This document shows, piece after piece, positions 58,517-64,000 of a stretch of DNA of 64,000 nt. A program made the translations under genes and the position numbers. This DNA is from Candidatus Delongbacteria bacterium. GTDB lineage: Bacteria; CAIWAD01. The stretch covers positions 1,248,001 to 1,312,000 of the forward strand of contig OY760505.1 of NCBI GenBank assembly GCA_963663545.1. The letters run 5' to 3'. Position 1 is the stretch's first letter; each line of letters begins with the position of its first letter. Below the pieces are notes generated by a model that saw nothing but the letters and a program-made list of their open reading frames with translations, ran no database searches and was not told the DNA's origin.

Positions 58517-58979
58517 CTCTGAACAGCTCTGTTTGCTCTTGATCCTTGCCGTAAACGCCGCAATCGACGAGCAGGCACTCCAGCGCCTGGTTCAAAGTAG
58601 AATATCGGCTTGTCTTCTCTGCATACGTATCCTCGCGTGAGCCGGACCGCATGTACCGCTCGGTGGCTGTGTGGATGTGGTAAGCGTAGAAGGTCTCCCG
58701 CTCGATGGGATTTGTATGCTCGTGACTCAGTCCATTGTAGCGCCGCAGCCTGACCGCTTTACCGGTGGCTAGATCAAGAAAAATCAGAATCACGGAGAAG
58801 TCAAAGGAATTGGTTAGCGATTTCCGGATCACCAATCTGAATGCATTGCCCCGGTCACCAACAAGTTCAACAGAAGCTTCCGCGTGCCCTCGCTTGCTCA
58901 CAGGAGACAGGCACCGTCGCAGCGCATCAGGCAGAATCTTGGGCTCTTGAATGAGTTCGCTGATCTCGATATCTGTCAT
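58509..58979 (-). CDS. Hypothetical protein (DUF6978-like partner of DUF1828 genes)
   Basis: LRRYNG..H.HTNP, HIH..TE; overlaps the DUF1828 gene by 8 nt. Confidence 0.6.
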   Translation of the reverse strand: MTDIEISELIQEPKILPDALRRCLSPVSKRGHAEASVELVGDRGNAFRLVIRKSLTNSFDFSVILIFLDLATGKAVRLRRYNGLSHEHTNPIERETFYAYHIHTATERYMRSGSREDTYAEKTSRYSTLNQALECLLVDCGVYGKDQEQTELFRDV

Positions 58980-59097
58980 GATTGCGGTACTTCTCCCGAA
59001 AAGAAGATCGGTGCATCCCAGAGTCAATTTGCCAAGCAGGCTAGCACCCGTCATGGAATCTTGCTAGAGAAAAGAGCAATCGAACCGGGGAAAGAAT

Positions 59098-59125
59098 CGA
59101 GCTGTCAGAAGACTCTGACAGCTCG
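59098..59125. repeat. Perfect 12-bp inverted repeat (REP/terminator-like) at the island edge
   Basis: cgagctgtcaga-agac-tctgacagctcg. Confidence 0.7.
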
Positions 59126-59151
59126 CGCATTCTTCTACTTCACTATCGTCA

Positions 59152-60900
59152 TCACTTCACCAGGCAAATCGCCCGTGTCACCGCGCCCGCATCCGTCGCC
59201 AGATGATAGAAATAGGTGCCGCTGGGCTGCGGCTGCCCAAGCTGATCGCGGCCATCCCACTCGACGGCGTGATGCTCGGCGGCCAGGGAGCCATGCACCA
59301 GTTCGCGCACCAAGCGGCCCTTCAGGTCAAAGATGCGCAGGTTCACCTCCTGAGCTCGCGACAGCTCAAAAGCAATGGTGGTGCAGGGGTTGAAGGGGTT
59401 CGGATAGCTGGAGACCAGAGCAAAGACACCCGGTAGGGTCGCGGGACCTTGTTCGGGGTCGACGCTGACATCATAGGGGCCAAGGGTACCGTCGTCGTTG
59501 AGATTCTGGACGTAGATGTCGGGCGAACCCGCGCGATCGTCTTCCCACACAGCCACCACGGTTTCGCCGTTGAACACTGCCTGCAAATCGCCCTTGTTGC
59601 TGGGGGTCGTGGCAAAGTCGATGGTGCCCTCCCAGAGGAAATCGCCGTTTTCGTCCAAGCCAAAGGCAAGGATGATGTCCGCGTTGTAGGCTCCACCCAG
59701 GTCCTGCTCCACAACGCCCATGACCATGCCGTCCACCAGCGCCAGCGCAGGCGAAAGCTCCATGTCCGTATCCTGCGGCAGCAGCACCTTTCCGCTCTCC
59801 GCCCACAGACGATTCCCCTCGCTGTCAAAACGCTGCGCATACAGGCCGCGCGCGCGCTGGGCGCTGTTCATATCGATGTAGGCCATGGTGTAGGCGTCAT
59901 TGCCCGCATCCCAGAGGGCGCTGGGGCTGATCTGTCCCGCCGGACCGCCCGCCTCGGGAAAAACTCCGTTGTGTGACAACACCTCTGCGCCGTCGGGTGT
60001 GATACGCTGCAGGCGCGCGTCAAAGGAATTGCCCACGGCCACATCCCAGCAGAAAAGCGCGCCGTTTTCGCCGTCGGGTTTTAGATCGAAGTAATGGCCC
60101 ATGGGCAGGGTGGCGTCGTCCATCACCCAGACAGATTCTTCCCACACCGCACTACCGCTTGCGTCAAAACGCTGCGCTTTGATCTGACGATTGGCCATGA
60201 AGGAATAGGTGGGCACGTAGCCGAGAATCACGTCGCCGTCCTCGGTAGGCACCAGCAGATTGCCCATCGGCGCAGCATCACCAGTCTCACTGACCACCAC
60301 ACCACCCGCATCCAGCAGAGGTGTACCATCCGCCGCCAGGCGCTGCATGCGCATTACGGCTTCGTCACCCGACTGCATCCAGGCCACAACCGCCTGTCCA
60401 TCGCTGGTTGCCGTGACACAAGGTGGCCCTTTGAAGTCATCGTCATCGGTCAGCGTGATCCCTTCCTCGCCCCAGAGGAAGTCACCGGCGGCGCTGATCT
60501 TGTAGACATGGATGTTGGAATTGCCGTCGCGGATGTCGGCAAAACTCACATAGGCGTTGCCCTCGGTGTCGGCGGCCAGCGACCAGTCCATCACCCAGGA
60601 ATCCTGAGTTTCGTCGCTGACGATGAGGCCGCCATCGGCAAACACGATCTCGCCTTCCGGTGAAAGCAATTGCAGCCCGACATCGTAGTTGCCGCTGGCT
60701 TGGTCGTACCAGCCTGCATAAGTGTAGCCGGCGAAGTCGCCGCCGGCGGGCACTACCGCCGTGTGCGGAACAACCTGCTCGCCATTGCCGAAGCCCAGGG
60801 CAATGTTCGCGGCAGGATCCGTCGTCCACTGCGCCGAAGCCGTGCCGGCAAGGAGTGTAGCGATTAGCACTACGCCAAGGCTCGCTATCAAGGTCTTCAT
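59152..60900 (-). CDS. Secreted repeat (beta-propeller-like) protein with C-terminal FlgD-Ig/sorting domain
   Basis: Signal peptide MKTLIASL...ASAQW; repeated AQRFD..G...W; tail YPNPFNP.TTI...WDGRD..G....SGTYFY. Confidence 0.78.
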   Translation of the reverse strand: MKTLIASLGVVLIATLLAGTASAQWTTDPAANIALGFGNGEQVVPHTAVVPAGGDFAGYTYAGWYDQASGNYDVGLQLLSPEGEIVFADGGLIVSDETQDSWVMDWSLAADTEGNAYVSFADIRDGNSNIHVYKISAAGDFLWGEEGITLTDDDDFKGPPCVTATSDGQAVVAWMQSGDEAVMRMQRLAADGTPLLDAGGVVVSETGDAAPMGNLLVPTEDGDVILGYVPTYSFMANRQIKAQRFDASGSAVWEESVWVMDDATLPMGHYFDLKPDGENGALFCWDVAVGNSFDARLQRITPDGAEVLSHNGVFPEAGGPAGQISPSALWDAGNDAYTMAYIDMNSAQRARGLYAQRFDSEGNRLWAESGKVLLPQDTDMELSPALALVDGMVMGVVEQDLGGAYNADIILAFGLDENGDFLWEGTIDFATTPSNKGDLQAVFNGETVVAVWEDDRAGSPDIYVQNLNDDGTLGPYDVSVDPEQGPATLPGVFALVSSYPNPFNPCTTIAFELSRAQEVNLRIFDLKGRLVRELVHGSLAAEHHAVEWDGRDQLGQPQPSGTYFYHLATDAGAVTRAICLVK

Positions 60901-60980
60901 GAATCGCTCCTTTGTCGGAATGAATAGGAACGGAGAGGCTATTCGTGATCGTGCGACGTGATACAATCGCCGCCGACATT

Positions 60981-61541
60981 TCAGGTTACGTCAAAGACAA
61001 ACACATCTACGTGCGCCAGATTCAGCTGCGTCCGCAGGCACAAGCCCGCTGCCAAGGACAACTCCTGGATCCTCGCGTGTGACAATCGGTGATCCAGAGG
61101 CGGGCCGTGCTCCTCCTGTCGATAAGACCACTCGGCGACCACGACGCGAACTCGCGCTGTGCGCGCCGCCTCCCGCAGAGCGGCAACAGGATCATCCACT
61201 TCGTGTAACACGTGCGCCAGAAAAACGAGATCGAAAGATCTGTCGTCAAAGGGCAACACCTCCGCCGAGGCTTCGATGTAACACGCGTTCGGGAGGAAGC
61301 GCCGCGCTTCTGCGAGCATTTCCTCGCTCGCATCGACGCCGGTGACCGCCAACCCCGCCGCCGCAAAGGCTTCCGCAAAGAGACCGGTGCCCGTGCCCAC
61401 GTCCAGTACATTCCTCGCCGTGATACACTCGAGGCTGTAGGCCACAACGCGCGCTGGTTCCAGCATGGCTACGCGCTCAGCCGATCGCAGCCGGGCAAGG
61501 TTGCCGTGAAAGCGCTTTTCGTGATGATTCTGATCGGTCAT
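60981..61541 (-). CDS. Class I SAM-dependent methyltransferase
   Basis: VLDVGTGTG, GVDAS, LPFDDRSFDLV, VLHE, HGPP. Confidence 0.88.
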   Translation of the reverse strand: MTDQNHHEKRFHGNLARLRSAERVAMLEPARVVAYSLECITARNVLDVGTGTGLFAEAFAAAGLAVTGVDASEEMLAEARRFLPNACYIEASAEVLPFDDRSFDLVFLAHVLHEVDDPVAALREAARTARVRVVVAEWSYRQEEHGPPLDHRLSHARIQELSLAAGLCLRTQLNLAHVDVFVFDVT

Positions 61542-61972
61542 TGCAGCAACACTCCTGTTGCCTGGTGGGAAGTTGAAGGACTCGACCCCTGCAATGTGCT
61601 CGAAAAGGAAGGACATTTCAAACCGGAAAGCGCGCTACTCACATCGTTGGTCGGTCCAATTCTACTCCACGAGGACTGTCCCGCACTATGTGTCACGGTC
61701 TGCAATCGTGACACTGTCGACATGACTCCGGGCATGGTCTCGGGGTGAAATCTGATTCACTCTGTAGCGTATCACAGAATCGCTACACATCCCAAATACA
61801 ATAACAGCAGCCAGAACAGATGTGAAAGCTGGCTTGACTCCGGACGCTGTCCCGGAGTCAAGTCGGATTGAACTCGCTAGCGTATCCCAAGGCATCAGCC
61901 ATGCCCGACCAGGCGTCCTCGACAGCCTGTCGAGGGCCACTGGGCGGGCGAGCGTTTTCTTTGCGGCGCTTT

Positions 61973-62045
61973 CTTTGACGCGACAAAGAAAGCGCCACCT
62001 CTTCGGCATAGCGCCAGCGTACGCCCCGCGCTAGCGTGAAAGAAA
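61973..62045 (+). repeat. Dispersed ~70-bp intergenic repeat, copy 2
   Basis: ctttgacgcgacaaagaaagcgccacctcttcggcatagcgccagcgtacgccccgcgctagcgtgaaagaaa. Confidence 0.85.
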
Positions 62046-62088
62046 GGAGCGGACTTTCATCCGCCCCATTGTTTTCTATAAGTGTACT

Positions 62089-62160
62089 CGATACCGATCC
62101 GACTCTGCAGGAGTCGGCAGCGATAGCGATACCGATACCGATACCGATACCGATACCGAT
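62089..62160. repeat. CGATAC hexamer microsatellite interrupted by a hairpin
   Basis: Five perfect CGATAC units (62127-62156) plus variants; ccgactc-tgcag-gagtcgg at 62099-62117. Confidence 0.9.
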
Positions 62161-62178
62161 GAATTTGCGCCACATTCC

Positions 62179-63522
62179 TTAAACAATGTGCAAGTACCGG
62201 TCCAGCTCCCATTGCGAGACGGAAACGCGGTACTCGTCCCACTCCATCGTCTTGGCGTCCACATAAGAGCGATGCAGTGTTTCGCCAAACACGCGCTTCA
62301 TCAGCTTGCTCAAACGGAACTCGCGCACGGCCTCGCCCAAGGATCCGGGCATGGCGGCCAGGCGGTTGCGCTTGGAGTCGCTGACGTGGAAGAGGTCTTC
62401 CTCGGCGGCACGCGGCGGTGTCATCTTGTTCTTGATGCCATCCAGACCCGCACCCAGCATCACGGCAAAAGCCAGATAGGGATTGGCGCTGGGATCCGGA
62501 CAGCGCAACTCGATACGCGTGGTTTTTTCGCGACCGGGGCTGATGCCGGGAACGCGAATCAGCGCACTGCGATTGGTGGCGGCCCAACTGATGTACACAG
62601 GCGCTTCGTAACCCGGCACCAGACGCTTGTAACTGTTGACCAGTGGCGCGATGACCGCCGACATGGCGCGCGCGTGGGTCAGCTGACCGGCGATGAACTG
62701 GGTGGCAAGCTCCGACAGTCCGTACTCGCGGTTGCGATCCACAAAGACATTCTCACCGTTGCGCCACAGGCTCTGGTTGGTATGCATGCCGCTGCCGTTT
62801 TCACCTGCGATGGGCTTGGGCATGAAGGTGGCGTAAAGGCCCAGCTTCTGGGCAACGGCCTTCACCGCCAAACGCATGGTCACAGCTTTGTCTGCGGCAG
62901 CCAGCGCGTCGCCGTAATGGAAATTGATCTCGTGCTGACCAATGGCCACTTCGTGATGCAGCGCTTCAATCTCGAAATCCAGCGCCTGCAGGGCTTCCAC
63001 CATGCGACGGCGCACGGTGTGGGCCAGGTCGGTGGAGGCGTCAAAATAGCCGGCGCGATCCTGCGGAATGAGTGGTAGCAGACGGCCATCCTCGTGAGGA
63101 CGAAAGAGGAAAAACTCGATCTCCGGCGCAACGGTGTAGTCGTAGCCTTCGCCTTTGGCCTCCAGCATGATGCGCTTCAACACGTTGCGCGGATCTCCCA
63201 GGAAGGGCTCGCCGGTAGGCAGATGCACGTCACAGATGCAGCGCGCGGTTACAACGTCCTCGTCCCAGGGAATGACCTGGAAGGTCGTCAGATCCGGCAC
63301 CAGGAACATGTCGCTCTCGGCGATACGCGAAAAGCCCTGAATCGAGGAGCCATCAAACCACTGGCCATGCTCCAGCACGCTCTGCCACATGTTGATGGGA
63401 ATGCCCACCAGCTTGGTGATGCCATGAATGTCTGAGAACTGCAGGTTGATGAACTTCACTCCGCGCTTGGCAATGAGTTCACTTACCCTTTCCACCTCGG
63501 CCGGATCGTGCTTTAGCTTCAT
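62179..63522 (-). CDS. glnA: Glutamine synthetase type I
   Basis: FDGSSI.GF..I.ESDM, HHEVA.GQHEI, FMPKP..G.NGSGMH, NSYKRLVPGYEAP, NRSALIR, ELRCPDP.ANPYL. Confidence 0.97.
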   Translation of the reverse strand: MKLKHDPAEVERVSELIAKRGVKFINLQFSDIHGITKLVGIPINMWQSVLEHGQWFDGSSIQGFSRIAESDMFLVPDLTTFQVIPWDEDVVTARCICDVHLPTGEPFLGDPRNVLKRIMLEAKGEGYDYTVAPEIEFFLFRPHEDGRLLPLIPQDRAGYFDASTDLAHTVRRRMVEALQALDFEIEALHHEVAIGQHEINFHYGDALAAADKAVTMRLAVKAVAQKLGLYATFMPKPIAGENGSGMHTNQSLWRNGENVFVDRNREYGLSELATQFIAGQLTHARAMSAVIAPLVNSYKRLVPGYEAPVYISWAATNRSALIRVPGISPGREKTTRIELRCPDPSANPYLAFAVMLGAGLDGIKNKMTPPRAAEEDLFHVSDSKRNRLAAMPGSLGEAVREFRLSKLMKRVFGETLHRSYVDAKTMEWDEYRVSVSQWELDRYLHIV

Positions 63523-63835
63523 CGGAGACTCCTAAATAAATTTTCATCTTTCGGTTTCAATAGGTTTCAAACCTGGTTAAAAGCAGTTTCATTTCGATTC
63601 AAAACCGCTTTTCTCCATGGAAGGCGGTAATATAGACGCTTTCTCCTGCAATGCAAGAGTATTTTCGGTCCTCTTGTTTTCAACACTCCATACAATCCAG
63701 GCTTCAGGAAAGGGGAGTTAGGAATCAACTAAATTACAACGAATCGATGATTTTGCTTAATTATTTCAATTCTCAGATTAATTTTCTTGACTCCTATCTC
63801 AAGATAATGCAGATTTCCCCTAAAGGAGGCCCACA

Positions 63836-64000
63836 ATGTGCATGGACTGGCATGAACTGACGCGACTCACTCAGGGACAAGAAATCCTGGTGGAACGTGT
63901 TCGCATGGTGAAGAACGGCGTACGCCTTGAGGGTGAATTCCGCCTGCCACCGCTAGCTGTTCTCAGCGCTGAGGATCAGGTCTTTGTCGCCGCCTTTGTG
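63836..64000 (+). CDS. DUF2089-family (HTH) protein, 5' part only
   Basis: AAGGAGG RBS; MCMDWHELTRLTQGQEILVERVR...EGEFRLPPLAVLSAEDQVFVAAFV; runs off the window. Confidence 0.7.
   Translation, partial: MCMDWHELTRLTQGQEILVERVRMVKNGVRLEGEFRLPPLAVLSAEDQVFVAAFV

Noticed and set aside
61858..62587. ORFs with IGIGIG / YRYRYR / VSVSVS tracts
   Set aside because: Artefacts of the CGATAC microsatellite.

Overview
A GC-rich (roughly 58% by eye) bacterial chromosomal window, mostly minus-strand. It probably comes from a non-Bacteroidetes FCB-superphylum lineage; this is inferred from three secreted proteins with 'PNPFNP.T.I' C-terminal sorting/FlgD-Ig tails, an exbB-exbD-exbD-tonB set and an extended S16. 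The core content is folC (partial), an amidase, a split complex I cluster (nuoA-B-C-D-G-H-I), an S8 protease, Ton genes, ctpA, dprA, ackA, a phoH-ybeY-hemolysin-PIN/PhoH operon, aspS, rpsU, a small-gene stress cluster, rhomboid-rsmE-M16 pair, a CDF transporter, ffh-rpsP-rimM-trmD-rplS, pduO and glnA. An accessory/defence-like islet at about 53.7-59.0 kb carries HicAB, a direct-repeat-flanked ATPase, a frameshifted antitoxin, an ApeA-like HEPN gene and a DUF1828-type gene pair. The most striking signal is not a gene. The heptamer GTGATAC/GTATCAC (extended (Y)GTGATACA; family GTRWYAC) occurs about 80 times by manual count versus about 6 expected. It sits mostly inside coding sequence on both strands and is absent from the accessory islet and from several highly expressed genes, like a HIP1- or DNA-uptake-sequence-type genome signature. 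Also present are a dispersed ~70-bp repeat, hairpin-rich intergenic clusters, a 48-bp tandem array and a CGATAC microsatellite. No rRNA, tRNA, CRISPR array, integrase or transposase was recognised.
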